Shown here in pieces: positions 52,101 through 61,361 of a DNA stretch of 64,000 nt. The position numbers were made by a program, and so were the translations under genes. The notes beneath the pieces are model-generated. The model had not been told where the DNA came from. It saw only the letters and a program-made list of their open reading frames with translations, and searched no databases. The first letter of the stretch is position 1; every line of letters begins with the position of its first letter. The DNA is from an uncultured Burkholderiales bacterium (GTDB lineage Bacteria > Pseudomonadota > Gammaproteobacteria > Burkholderiales > Eutrophovitaceae): NCBI GenBank assembly GCA_963925895.1, contig CAWUVH010000006.1, positions 1,474-65,473 on the forward strand, written 5' to 3'.

Positions 52101-52261
52101 CCCTAGCGCTAGGCACGGGAGAGCCTGGTCGCGAAATTGAGGGGCCCATGGCCACCATTATTGTTGGTGGGCTCTTTACATCAACGCTATTAAATCTTCT
52201 CGTTCTCCCCACCATTTTGTATCACTTTGGTAGATTTCGTAGATTAAGCCCAGAAGTTTAA
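49151..52261 (+). CDS. CzcA/CusA-family (HME-like) RND efflux permease
   Basis: 1036 aa with 12-TM RND topology. The N-terminal region parallels CzcA (LDVFPEFSPSQVV ..., VTVVFKDGSDVYLNRQVVGERI). The TM4 motif reads ALGEVVDDAIIDTEN. Confidence 0.9.
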   Translation: MIAGIVRNSIKYAGVVVTLAITVVSYGLYTISNANLDVFPEFSPSQVVLQIEAQGYSSELVEKLVTQPIENALMGIPELENIRSQSIPGLSVVTVVFKDGSDVYLNRQVVGERIAGLANEMPRGVEAPTMTPLTSSASTVLGIGVTSDKRSLSDLRTIVDWTIRPHLLAVPGVAEVNVFGGNVEQWQIQVDLQKLEQADVSFQHLIDAAQSATGMVGTGFIKTPNQHLNIQMDGQPRDLDDLGHLIVESRAGVNIHLRDLTKVIAAPAPSIGAASIDAQAGVFLMIQGQLGANTYAVTQDLERAISELAPLIKREEITLHENLFRPANFIETAVKNVRRDVLIGSALVISILFLFLYNVRTAIICAVAMPVSLLSAVIVLDALDVALNVMVIGGLAIALGEVVDDAIIDTENIFRRLRLNQISGNKKRVSDVVLEASVEVRSSVVYATFIVVLAFVPLLTLSGIAGKLFAPLGLAYIFAILASLVTAVTLTPALSYLLLGGRSLSAGDSPAVSFLRPRYEKLLIWFEGKFVRNLTVVIVIVISGISVFPLFSGEFIPALKEGHYIAHMTAVPGTSEQESLRIGNRVSAVLGRIDGVESVAQWVGRSKNGADTFGTHYSEFEIEIGAIDGDEQERVLLEIREVLGGEKVGHFPGLSFGVNTFLTERIEETVTGFAAPFVATIYGANLDRLDHDARQVAATLNQVYGSEDVQIQAPAGTPQLDIRLRHARLSALGLTPGEVLRVVSAAYDGEVVGQVRRGNRVVDIVVILEDALRQDVRSLSDLFVKKVGDSVIRLSDVANISLVGGRYKILHSDGRRVQTVTAKFSGRDLGSFERRAKEKVLSTVVLSPGNYIVFSGTAESERQAKTDLVVHSLLAGIGVFIFLFIAFNQLHNMAITFLNLPFALVGGVIAVIFSGGWLSLGSLVGFVTLFGITLRNSIMLVSHYQYLVEVEKVAWNFDTVVRGASERLTSILMTALVTGLGLLPLALGTGEPGREIEGPMATIIVGGLFTSTLLNLLVLPTILYHFGRFRRLSPEV

Positions 52262-52330
52262 ATCTTACTTGCGACAATTCGGAAAGTGCTAGACTAAGGG
52301 GATAACTTTTATATTATGGATGCATGAAAC

Positions 52331-52705
52331 ATGCCAGTAGCTAACTTGACCGGTGATACTTTTGATCAAGCCCTTCAAGAAAATGAAATGGTTATTATTG
52401 ATTTTTGGGCGCCTTGGTGCGCCCCATGCAAGACCTTCGCCCCAGTGTTTGAGGCTGCTTCGGAGAAATATACAGGGGTATATTTTGCAAAAGTGAACTC
52501 TGAGGAGGAACAGGCATTGTCCTCGTCTTTTGGGATTCGTTCTATTCCTACGTTGGTAGTGATTCGGGAACAAATTATCCTTTACTCTAAGCCGGGTGCT
52601 GTTCCGGCTTATTCGCTTGAGGGGTTGCTTGAACGAATGGGGAAATTGGATATGGCTCAAGTACGAGATGAGATCGAAAAGTCGCAATTAGAGGTTAAGT
52701 CATAA
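52331..52705 (+). CDS. Thioredoxin (WCAPC variant, no signal peptide)
   Basis: 124 aa. FWAPWCAPCK active site and the IRSIPTL cis-Pro loop. The C-terminus carries an extra helical tail of about 15 aa. Confidence 0.88.
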   Translation: MPVANLTGDTFDQALQENEMVIIDFWAPWCAPCKTFAPVFEAASEKYTGVYFAKVNSEEEQALSSSFGIRSIPTLVVIREQIILYSKPGAVPAYSLEGLLERMGKLDMAQVRDEIEKSQLEVKS

Positions 52706-52772
52706 GCAGAAATATAGAGTTTCAGAACGGAAAAATTTTCTGGTTGGAATGAATAATTAGAGGCTATACGAT

Positions 52773-53897
52773 TTGTTTAATAGTCTTTTGAGAGGTATGG
52801 GGGGCAAGTTGTTGGAAAATAAAAGTCGCTTAGCATTTTGGGCAGTGATTCTGGCCACAGTATTGGGTTTGTTTGCATGGTTAAATCGGCCTGCTGGAGA
52901 GATTGAGATTGCACCTGAGGTAGTTGAACAAGCCGCTCCAGCTAAACCTCAAGGGTTACCGGTTCAGGCAATACCTGTAATCGTTGGTGAACTCATAGAT
53001 GACATTACCGCCGTGGGTACTGTGGTTGCGAACGAATCAGTTCGGATTAGAACCGAGATAAATGGTCGCCTCTTAAAATTGAATTTTGACGAGGGGCAGG
53101 AGGTTCAAAAAGGTCAGTTGCTCGTGGCCTTAGATGACGGGGAGCACCGGGCACAACTCGCGGCAATTAACGCGGAGCTTCGAACAGAGAAGCAAAGATT
53201 CTTGAGGTCCAAAGAACTCTATGAGCAAAAGTTTATCAGCAAGGAAGCCCTAGATTTACAGGCTGGGACAGTCGATCGATTGGCTGCAATGGTTCAAGAG
53301 GCGGATGCGCGATTGCAAAAAACAGTAGTTACAGCTCCGTTTTCTGGAGTGATAGGTCTGCGGAAAGTTAGTCTCGGAGCTTATTTGCAAGCAGGTGATG
53401 ACATCGTACGATTGGAGGATATTAGCTCGGTAAAAGTAGATTTTAGAGTTCCTGAAGTGTATCTCGCTAAAGTTCGTTCTGGTCAGTCAATATCCGTAGT
53501 CGTGGATGCTTTCCCTAATACTGTTTTTGAGGGGAAAGTGTATGCAATTGAAGCTGGTATGGACAGAGAGACGAGAACGGCGCTCGTGCGTGCAAAATTG
53601 GGTAACAAGGCGGGCAAATTACGTTCCGGCATGTTCGCTAGGGTATCTCTGATTATGACCAAAAAGAAAAATGCATTATCAGTGCCCGAAAAAGCACTTT
53701 GGCCGCAAGGGACTGAGAATTTTGTATACAAGGTTATAGATGGAAAAGTGGAACTCACGAAGGTCGAACTCGGACAGAGAACCCCAGGGTATGTTGAGAT
53801 TCTCAAAGGGTTGAGCCCTGGTGACCTTGTTGTAACTGAAGGGCAGATGAAAATTAGAGATGGTGCGCCAGTGACGGTATTGGGTGGTGCGCAGTGA
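52773..53897 (+). CDS. RND efflux periplasmic adaptor subunit (AcrA/MdtA family)
   Basis: A TM/signal anchor followed by barrel-sandwich, hairpin and beta-barrel blocks (VRIRTEINGRLLKLNFDEGQEVQKGQLLVALDD ... APFSGVIG). The start is TTG 52773 or ATG 52797. Confidence 0.88.
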   Translation: MFNSLLRGMGGKLLENKSRLAFWAVILATVLGLFAWLNRPAGEIEIAPEVVEQAAPAKPQGLPVQAIPVIVGELIDDITAVGTVVANESVRIRTEINGRLLKLNFDEGQEVQKGQLLVALDDGEHRAQLAAINAELRTEKQRFLRSKELYEQKFISKEALDLQAGTVDRLAAMVQEADARLQKTVVTAPFSGVIGLRKVSLGAYLQAGDDIVRLEDISSVKVDFRVPEVYLAKVRSGQSISVVVDAFPNTVFEGKVYAIEAGMDRETRTALVRAKLGNKAGKLRSGMFARVSLIMTKKKNALSVPEKALWPQGTENFVYKVIDGKVELTKVELGQRTPGYVEILKGLSPGDLVVTEGQMKIRDGAPVTVLGGAQ

Positions 53898-53948
53898 TAA
53901 TAAGAACGCCATTCGTAGCATAAAGATTTTTTTTAGCTTAAGAGACTT

Positions 53949-56900
53949 ATGATCCTTTCTGAGATTTCTATACGCAGACCGGTACTGGCAACAGTATTAA
54001 GTTTGTTAATCGTGCTTTTGGGCGCCATATCGTTCGATCGCTTATCAGTTCGAGAATATCCAAAAATAGATCCGCCGGTCGTCTCGGTTAGAACTATTTA
54101 TAAGGGTGCGACCGCACAGGTTGTGGAGAGCGTTATCACCACGCCGATCGAGGATGTCCTGTCCGGGATTGAAGGCATCAACACCATTAAATCTAAGAGT
54201 AAAGAGGAAGTCAGCGAGATTACGGTTACGTTTTTAACTGATCGAGATGTCGAGGCTGCTGCGAATGACGTTCGAGACAGGGTTTCCCGTATTCAAACCT
54301 TGTTGCCAGAAACTGCCGACGATCCCGTGGTGTCTAAAATTGAAGCGGATGCGTGGCCTGTTATGTGGCTGGCGTTGAAAAGCGATCGTCACAGCCCAAT
54401 GGAGTTGACCGACTACGCTGATCGATATTTGACTGACCCTTTGAAAACTCTTCCTGGCGTTGCCACGGTGATTATTGGTGGCGAACGTCGTTATGCGATG
54501 AGGGTGTGGATCGACAGAGACAAACTGGCCGCTCGAGGATTGACGATTCAAGATGTGGAAGTCGCGCTAAGACAGCAAAATTTGGACTCTCCGGGTGGGC
54601 GGATTGAGAGCAACGATAGAGAACTGACGGTCATGACTGAAACTGACCTTAAGAGTCCCGAAGAATTCAATAATATGATTATTCGAGAAGTCTCTGGATA
54701 TCCAATACGAATTAGAGATGTGGGACATGCCACCCCCGCACCTTATGAGAATCGAAAAGTTGTTAGGATTTCAGGTGAGGAGGCCCTCGGCCTGGGGATT
54801 GTAAAACAGTCTACGGGGAATACCCTAGCGCTTGCCCAAGCTGTCAGAGATGTTCTTCCTCAGCTTATTGCTGGACTGCCTGAAGGGATGTCGATGAAGG
54901 TGGCGTTCGATACGTCTGAGTTTATATCTGCAGCTATTGAGTCGGTTTATAAGGTGCTTATCGAAGCATTGATCTTGGTTGTTCTTGTGATTTTTGTCTT
55001 TTTGCGCAGTGTTCGTGCGACGTTGATCCCTATTGTCACGATACCGATTTCGCTCATTGGTTCATTCTTTTTCCTCTACGTACTAGGTTTCTCAATCAAC
55101 GTTTTGACACTTTTGGGAATCGTACTTTCGGTTGGTCTAGTTGTTGATGATGCAATTGTTATGCTGGAAAATATTCACCGTCATATTGAAGCCGGAATGA
55201 ATCGATTTGAGGCCGCGATGAAGGGGGCAAAAGAAATCGGGTTTGCCGTTGTTGCAATGACCATCACATTAGTTGCGGTATTTACACCCCTCGTATTTAT
55301 TACAGGTCGAGTAGGCCAATTATTTGTTGAATTTGCGCTAACTGTAGTGTCGGCAGTATTGGTGAGTGGTTTTGTTGCCTTAACTTTAACACCTATGATG
55401 TGCTCGCTTTTGTTGAAGCGGCAAGAGAATCACGGCCCCGCCTACAAAATGAGTGAATTGGTTTTTGAGAAAATTAATAATGGCTATGGAGCTATCTTAA
55501 GAGTCATCCTTAGAGGATGGTATGTTGTGGTCGGTGCTTTTGTCATCGCAATGTTTGCGATGGTTGGTTTATTCATGCAGTTGAAACCAGAGTTATCTCC
55601 CCTAGAGGATCGGGGTGTATTTATGGCATTTGCGATTGCCCCGGAAGGGTCCACAATGCAGTACACCGACCGGTATATGAAGCAAGTTGCAGGTATCTTA
55701 GGCCAAGAGGTTCCTGAAATAGACACGCTCTTTGAGGTCGTGGCCCCAGGCTTAGAACGACCTAATCCAGTTAATTTTGCTATTGGGTTCGCCATACTTG
55801 AACACTGGGACACGCGGAAGCGAAACCAACTCGATATCACTAAACAAATTACACCTAAGTTGTATGGTGGCATTCCCGGTGTGCTTTCTTTTGCCATGAA
55901 CCCACTCTCCTTAGGGCAAAGCTTCTTGTCGAAGGAGATCGAATATGTGATTTATGGAAGTTCATATGAGGAGTTGCAAGATCACGTAAATAAAGTGATG
56001 GCAAAACTGAGTACGTATCCTGGCATTACCGGACTTGATACCGACCTCAAGCTCAACAAACCTCAGCTCAGAGTCAACATTGATCGAGATAAGGCCGCTT
56101 CGATGGGTATATCAATGGCAACAATTGGTAGGACGGTAGAGACGCTATTGGGAGGGCGTGACGTTACTAGATATAAGCGAGAAGGGAAACAGTATGATGT
56201 TGTTTTGCAAATGGAAGATTCAAAGCGACGCCAACCAACGGATCTAACCTCTATTTATGTTAGGGCGAGGAGTGGGCAGCTAGTGCAGTTATCAAACCTT
56301 GTGACTCTTGAGGAGACGGTTACACCGAAAGAGCTGAATCATTTTAATCGATTCCGTGCTGCGGTTATTAACGGAAACGTAGGTCCTGAAGCTAGTTTGG
56401 GACAGGTGCTGGATTTCATTGATTCTACTGTGGCTCAAGAGTTACCTCAGAATGTAACTACTGATCTAAATGGGGCGTCAAGAGAGTACAGGGAAAGTGG
56501 GGACGAAATGAAGGTTACTTTGGTGCTTGCTCTCATCTTTATTTATCTCGTCCTTGCTGCTCAGTTTGAGAGCTTCGTTGGGCCGCTCGTCATTATGTTG
56601 ACGGTACCTTTAGGATTCCTTGGTGCGCTTTTTGCGATGTGGCTTAATGCCAAATTCGGAGATGGAGGTACGCTTAATATTTACAGTCGCATAGGCTTGG
56701 TCATGTTAGTTGGCTTGATTACTAAGAATGGAATTCTCATTGTGGAGTTTGCAAATCAACTGCGCAGAGCGGGACAGGAAAAAGTAGAGGCAGTATTAGA
56801 AGCCTCTACTTTGAGGTTGCGCCCCATTCTGATGACGGCATTGGCAACGGTGTTGGGATCTTTGCCACTAGCGCTATCTTCTGGTGCTGGTTCTGAAGCC

Positions 56901-57026
56901 AGAAGAGCGATTGGTTGGGTGATTGTTGGGGGTGTTTCGATTGGAACGTTGTTGACGTTGTTTATTATTCCTGTCGCGTATTCGTTAATTGTTAGAACAA
57001 CGCCACGTATTAGGGATGGAACCTAG
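53949..57026 (+). CDS. HAE1-type multidrug RND efflux permease (AcrB/MdtB/C-like)
   Basis: 1025 aa. N-terminus ISIRRPVLATVLSLLIVLLG and TM4 motif GLVVDDAIVMLENIHRH. Confidence 0.93.
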   Translation: MILSEISIRRPVLATVLSLLIVLLGAISFDRLSVREYPKIDPPVVSVRTIYKGATAQVVESVITTPIEDVLSGIEGINTIKSKSKEEVSEITVTFLTDRDVEAAANDVRDRVSRIQTLLPETADDPVVSKIEADAWPVMWLALKSDRHSPMELTDYADRYLTDPLKTLPGVATVIIGGERRYAMRVWIDRDKLAARGLTIQDVEVALRQQNLDSPGGRIESNDRELTVMTETDLKSPEEFNNMIIREVSGYPIRIRDVGHATPAPYENRKVVRISGEEALGLGIVKQSTGNTLALAQAVRDVLPQLIAGLPEGMSMKVAFDTSEFISAAIESVYKVLIEALILVVLVIFVFLRSVRATLIPIVTIPISLIGSFFFLYVLGFSINVLTLLGIVLSVGLVVDDAIVMLENIHRHIEAGMNRFEAAMKGAKEIGFAVVAMTITLVAVFTPLVFITGRVGQLFVEFALTVVSAVLVSGFVALTLTPMMCSLLLKRQENHGPAYKMSELVFEKINNGYGAILRVILRGWYVVVGAFVIAMFAMVGLFMQLKPELSPLEDRGVFMAFAIAPEGSTMQYTDRYMKQVAGILGQEVPEIDTLFEVVAPGLERPNPVNFAIGFAILEHWDTRKRNQLDITKQITPKLYGGIPGVLSFAMNPLSLGQSFLSKEIEYVIYGSSYEELQDHVNKVMAKLSTYPGITGLDTDLKLNKPQLRVNIDRDKAASMGISMATIGRTVETLLGGRDVTRYKREGKQYDVVLQMEDSKRRQPTDLTSIYVRARSGQLVQLSNLVTLEETVTPKELNHFNRFRAAVINGNVGPEASLGQVLDFIDSTVAQELPQNVTTDLNGASREYRESGDEMKVTLVLALIFIYLVLAAQFESFVGPLVIMLTVPLGFLGALFAMWLNAKFGDGGTLNIYSRIGLVMLVGLITKNGILIVEFANQLRRAGQEKVEAVLEASTLRLRPILMTALATVLGSLPLALSSGAGSEARRAIGWVIVGGVSIGTLLTLFIIPVAYSLIVRTTPRIRDGT

Positions 57027-57067
57027 GGGTGGTGATGAAGTAGCATGAGTCTATTAGATGTGGAAGT

Positions 57068-57097
57068 AAAAAAAGGAAGCGTAAGCTTCCTTTTTTT
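57068..57097. terminator. Bidirectional intrinsic terminator between the convergent RND gene and boxB
   Basis: AAAAAAAGGAAGC-GTAA-GCTTCCTTTTTTT. A perfect stem with a GNRA-like loop, an A-run and a T-run. The T-run overlaps the boxB stop codon. Confidence 0.85.
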
Positions 57098-58505
57098 ACT
57101 TCAGACGAACATATTCATAGTCAACTGGATTGTTATTAATCCCGCGATCGGGAGGCGCTATCCAGCTGGCCATCTTCCCGGGTTCAGTGACGCGTTGCAT
57201 TAAGCTTCTAATAAATCCTCGGTCCTCTTCAGTCGGCAACCAGGTTGGAATTCCCTTGTCGTATTCTGTTTTAGTGATTACCTGTCCGAGTGGGTCTGTT
57301 GTTTGATTCGCCCAGCTTCCAATTGTTCTGTGGAATCGCGTGCTGGGCAGCGACAACGTTATGTCAAACTTGGCTCGTTTAATCATCATGTTCCAACGTT
57401 TAATGCCGATCTCACAATCTTTGACGTACGCTACACGGGTCACCTCATTCATTGCATTTCTAAGGCCGACTATCTCTATGCCATCAGGTGTATCGATGTC
57501 GTAGCTTGAATCGAGACACAGGTGATCTTCGAATCGAGTTTCATCAGGTCGACCTTTAATCCCATTTGCAAAAGAAGTCGCCGCATTAGAAGATATCTCA
57601 GAGCCAAAAAGATCGAGTGACGAGGTAAACCAAAAGTTTAAATATTTTTGGATCGTGACGAGGTCAACGGCACCTTGTTCACGAATGGCGCCCGGATCGT
57701 CTGTCCCAATTTCATTCATTACCTCAAGTGTGCGTCTGATGACGCGGCCTATTCCAGTTTCACCAACGAACATGTGATGGGCTTCTTCAGTAAGCATGAA
57801 CCGGCAAGTTCTCGCAAGAGGGTCAAAGGCTGATTCGCTGAGGCTTTTAAGTTGGAACTTGCCATCTCGATCGGTGAAATAGGTAAACATAAAAAAGGAT
57901 AACCAATCATTAATTGGTTCGTTGAATGTTCCTAAAATCCGAGGGTTGTCACTATCTCCAGAGTGTCTTGCGAGAAGTTCTTCAGCCTCTTCTCTCCCGT
58001 CTCGACCAAAGTAGCAATGAAGAAGATAAACCATTGCCCATAAATGGCGACCCTCTTCAACGTTGACCTGGAATAGGTTTCTTAGGTCATACAGTGAGGG
58101 GCAGGTAAGCCCCAGTAATCTTTGTTGCTCTACTGAAGCTGGTTCGGTGTCTCCTTGAGTGACAATAATTCGGCGAAATTGAGACCGTAATTCGCCGGGA
58201 ACTTGTTGCCAAACAGGCTCGCCCAAGTGGTCGCCGAAGCCAATTTTTCTATCAGGGATTTGGTCTGCAAGAAATATTCCCCAGCGATAATCAGGCATTT
58301 TGACGTGTCCGTAGCTCGCCCATCCTTTTGCGTCAACGCCTACGGCTGTTCGTAAATAAACATCGTTCGACTGAAAATCCTTCGGCCCTTGTTCGCTCCA
58401 CCAATTAAGGAAGTGTGGCTGCCAGTGCTCTAGCGCTCTTTGTAGTTTTCTGTCCGTTGCAAGATTGACGTTATTTGGAATTTTTTCACTGTAGTTAATG
58501 TCCAT
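57096..58505 (-). CDS. boxB: Benzoyl-CoA 2,3-epoxidase, di-iron oxygenase component BoxB
   Basis: 469 aa, the length and sequence character of BoxB. It has di-iron carboxylate helices (VNVEEGRHLWAM, LTEEAHHMF) and lies next to boxC, boxR and the benzoate-CoA ligase gene. Confidence 0.88.
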   Translation of the reverse strand: MDINYSEKIPNNVNLATDRKLQRALEHWQPHFLNWWSEQGPKDFQSNDVYLRTAVGVDAKGWASYGHVKMPDYRWGIFLADQIPDRKIGFGDHLGEPVWQQVPGELRSQFRRIIVTQGDTEPASVEQQRLLGLTCPSLYDLRNLFQVNVEEGRHLWAMVYLLHCYFGRDGREEAEELLARHSGDSDNPRILGTFNEPINDWLSFFMFTYFTDRDGKFQLKSLSESAFDPLARTCRFMLTEEAHHMFVGETGIGRVIRRTLEVMNEIGTDDPGAIREQGAVDLVTIQKYLNFWFTSSLDLFGSEISSNAATSFANGIKGRPDETRFEDHLCLDSSYDIDTPDGIEIVGLRNAMNEVTRVAYVKDCEIGIKRWNMMIKRAKFDITLSLPSTRFHRTIGSWANQTTDPLGQVITKTEYDKGIPTWLPTEEDRGFIRSLMQRVTEPGKMASWIAPPDRGINNNPVDYEYVRLK

Positions 58506-58552
58506 GATTAATTTTCCTGTTGGTTTTCTTTTGAAGTGGTTGTGCCTTATCC

Positions 58553-60241
58553 TTAAATTCGTTGCCAGTTGAAGTCCGGTTTTTTTCCGCTACCGAATAA
58601 CTTCAAGGCCCCGTGGTCTCCCACTGCATTGGGTCGTATAAAGATCCAATTTTGCCAAGCGGATAATCTGGCAAAGATGCGGGTTTCCATTGTTTCAGGC
58701 CCAGAAAATCTGAGATTCGCCTCCATCCCTGTTAGTGCGTCTGGGGATAAGCTGTTGCGTTCTTCTATCGCGATGCGTAGCTCATCATCCCAATCTATAT
58801 CATCAGGAGCATATGTTACGAGGCCTATTTCAAGCGCCTCTTCCGCTCCTAACAATTTACCTTCAAGCGATGGCAGTTCTTGAAGTGGATGCTCATGACC
58901 ATAAAATCGGTTTTGCAATCTAGATAGATGATTGATCATTGGGAGGCTGCCAAAATTTAATCTGGACAGAGCGATGGTAGGGTTCTCTCCATTATCTGTT
59001 TCTGAAAGCATAAAAATTCTGTCTGAAGCGAGAGCAATTTCAAAAAGGGTTCCCGCAAAGCATGAGCCTTCATCGATGAGTGTGAACATCGTTCTTGATG
59101 AAACATCCAAGCGCGCTAAAGTTCTGCGCAAAAATCCGATTGTTTCCTTAACAAGCCAATCTTCTTGATGCGCTACTATGATTTCATCCATTTTGAGGAC
59201 GTCACTACAATTTCCAACTGTTCTAAAAATCCAGGTGCCGATCTCAAGTTCATTGGTTCGAAGCAGTAAAATCGCGTCATCAAGCTCTCGAGCGAATGTT
59301 AATGGCCACCAATCGCATCCTTGCTGGTGAATGGATTCCAGACTCTCGTCTGTTATCGGTGGTGGTGCGTTGATAGTGATTGTTGCGGTCCGAGATGTGC
59401 GATCGATAGTGATGTCTACGTTTGAATAATGTATCCCCGCGCTATCTATGGTTCGCTTTAATTGGGTTAGATTCACGCCGGTTGCATCGTGGGGTCGTGT
59501 GCTTTCTGAAGATAATTCCTTGACGATTTTTTTTTCAATTGAGCTAAAGTCATTTGGTTTCGCAATTTCGTCTACAAGCCCCCAGGCCTGTGCGCGGTCT
59601 GCTTTGACTCCTTCAGTTGTGGAGCAGAACACGTCGGCTAAATCTCTTCGAACTTTTCTTTTGTCGATAACTCGCGTCAGCCCACCGGTCCCTGGGAGGA
59701 CGCCTAGTAGAGGCACCTCAGGGAGGCTCACGCTGGAGGATCGGTCATCGATCATAAGGAGTTTGTCGCAAGCGAGTGCGAGTTCATAGCCTCCCCCGGC
59801 AACCGTGCCGTTGATGGAGGCAAGAAACTTTAAGCCATCATGCCGGCTTGAGTCTTCGATGCCGTTTCGTGTTTCATTGGTGAACTTACAAAAGTTAACT
59901 TTCCAAGGGTGCGTTGACTGTCCGAGCATATAAATGTTCGCACCAGAACAAAACATTCTTTCTTTCGCGGATGTGATCACAACACATGTGACCTTTGGGT
60001 GCTCAAATCTTATTCTATTGATTGCATCATAGAGTTCAATGTCAACACCTAGGTCGTATGAGTTGAGCTTCAGTTTGTAGCCGGGCTTTAGTCCAGCATC
60101 TTCATTTACGTCCATACGCAGTGTTGCCGTGCTGTCGCTTACGGACAGGGTCCAGTGTTTATAAAGATCTGGACGGGTATCGAACTGGACCATTTGGGCT
60201 TGGCTCGCTTCTATTTCTTGAGGTGAAGGTTTCGTCATCAT
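58553..60241 (-). CDS. boxC: 2,3-epoxybenzoyl-CoA dihydrolase (benzoyl-CoA-dihydrodiol lyase) BoxC
   Basis: 562 aa with a tandem crotonase-fold architecture (FCSGANIYMLG in the first half), the typical BoxC size, and a position between boxR and boxB. Confidence 0.85.
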   Translation of the reverse strand: MMTKPSPQEIEASQAQMVQFDTRPDLYKHWTLSVSDSTATLRMDVNEDAGLKPGYKLKLNSYDLGVDIELYDAINRIRFEHPKVTCVVITSAKERMFCSGANIYMLGQSTHPWKVNFCKFTNETRNGIEDSSRHDGLKFLASINGTVAGGGYELALACDKLLMIDDRSSSVSLPEVPLLGVLPGTGGLTRVIDKRKVRRDLADVFCSTTEGVKADRAQAWGLVDEIAKPNDFSSIEKKIVKELSSESTRPHDATGVNLTQLKRTIDSAGIHYSNVDITIDRTSRTATITINAPPPITDESLESIHQQGCDWWPLTFARELDDAILLLRTNELEIGTWIFRTVGNCSDVLKMDEIIVAHQEDWLVKETIGFLRRTLARLDVSSRTMFTLIDEGSCFAGTLFEIALASDRIFMLSETDNGENPTIALSRLNFGSLPMINHLSRLQNRFYGHEHPLQELPSLEGKLLGAEEALEIGLVTYAPDDIDWDDELRIAIEERNSLSPDALTGMEANLRFSGPETMETRIFARLSAWQNWIFIRPNAVGDHGALKLFGSGKKPDFNWQRI

Positions 60242-60253
60242 TAGGAGATTTGA

Positions 60254-61189
60254 TCAGCTTGTATGTTGTATTAGTTTACGAAGAGTTCGATCCGCTAAGA
60301 TCTGACTTGCAATGATGTGTGGATCTTTCCCGTCAGTGGCTACTGTTATATCTGCTTTTTCATAGCTTGATTGTCGTTTTATAAGGATCTCTTTAAGTTG
60401 CTCCATCGCTTTACTGTTTCCAGCGATTGGTCGCAAGTCGCCTTGCGCTACCACTCGATCCATGTGTTCCTTGGGAGAGGCTTTAAGCCACACGGTATAA
60501 CATGTCGATAAGAGTAAGTCATAGGCAGACTGTTCTTGAACAATGCTGCCGCCAGTAGAAATTATGCAATTACCCCCGTTGCTAAGCGCATTTTCAAGAC
60601 ACGTCTTTTCTAAATTTCGATAGCCTTCTTGCCCATAAGTAATGAAAATTTCTGAGAGCGGGGCATCGACTAGTTTTTCAATCTCTCGATCAATCTCAAC
60701 AAACGGAATATCCAAAATTATAGATAACCGTTCTCCTACTGTGGTTTTCCCCGCCCCCCTCAGCCCAATTAATGCAATACGGTAACTTCGACTTGCCGGA
60801 GAATTACGAAGCTCTCTCAGCAATTGATCTTTGAATCTGAGACGGTCGCTACTCGCGAGGCCAGCTAATAATCCAAGCAAGAGTCGAGACTCGGCGTTAA
60901 TTGGTGTCGAATTTGATACTAGGATCTCTGGCTCGACATCCAGAGACTGAGCTACCTGACGAAGCAGAGCAATGGACACATTCCCTTTGCCCGATTCAAG
61001 TAGGGCTAGGTATCGTTCTGATACACCAGATTGTTCAGACAGTAGCTTTCGGGTGTATTTTTTTTCTTTTCGAATCTTTTTGATTCTTGAGCCTACTAAT
61101 TCTAAAAATTCAGTGTTTATTGATTCTCGAGTTTTTCGTGTATCGGATGATTCACGGTCGATTCCATTATTCTGAACTGTTTCAAGCAT
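60254..61189 (-). CDS. boxR: BoxR/BzdR-type regulator (XRE HTH + shikimate-kinase-like domain)
   Basis: An N-terminal XRE helix-turn-helix (YTRKLLSEQSGVSERYLALLESGKGNVS) and a C-terminal shikimate-kinase fold with P-loop GLRGAGKTTVG. This two-domain layout is the BzdR/BoxR signature. Only 12 nt separate it from boxC. Confidence 0.85.
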   Translation of the reverse strand: MLETVQNNGIDRESSDTRKTRESINTEFLELVGSRIKKIRKEKKYTRKLLSEQSGVSERYLALLESGKGNVSIALLRQVAQSLDVEPEILVSNSTPINAESRLLLGLLAGLASSDRLRFKDQLLRELRNSPASRSYRIALIGLRGAGKTTVGERLSIILDIPFVEIDREIEKLVDAPLSEIFITYGQEGYRNLEKTCLENALSNGGNCIISTGGSIVQEQSAYDLLLSTCYTVWLKASPKEHMDRVVAQGDLRPIAGNSKAMEQLKEILIKRQSSYEKADITVATDGKDPHIIASQILADRTLRKLIQHTS

Positions 61190-61361
61190 AGCTTTAGCCT
61201 TCCTGATTCTTTAATTATTCAAGTTAACGGTTCGAATATGGACTCGCTTACTGCTATCGAGTTCCTTTCATCAGGAATTATATTTCTTATTGTTATAAAT
61301 TAGTATGAATGATACTACGTTTTTCAGTATCTGTATAATAAGGCAATAAATGTTAAGTTAA

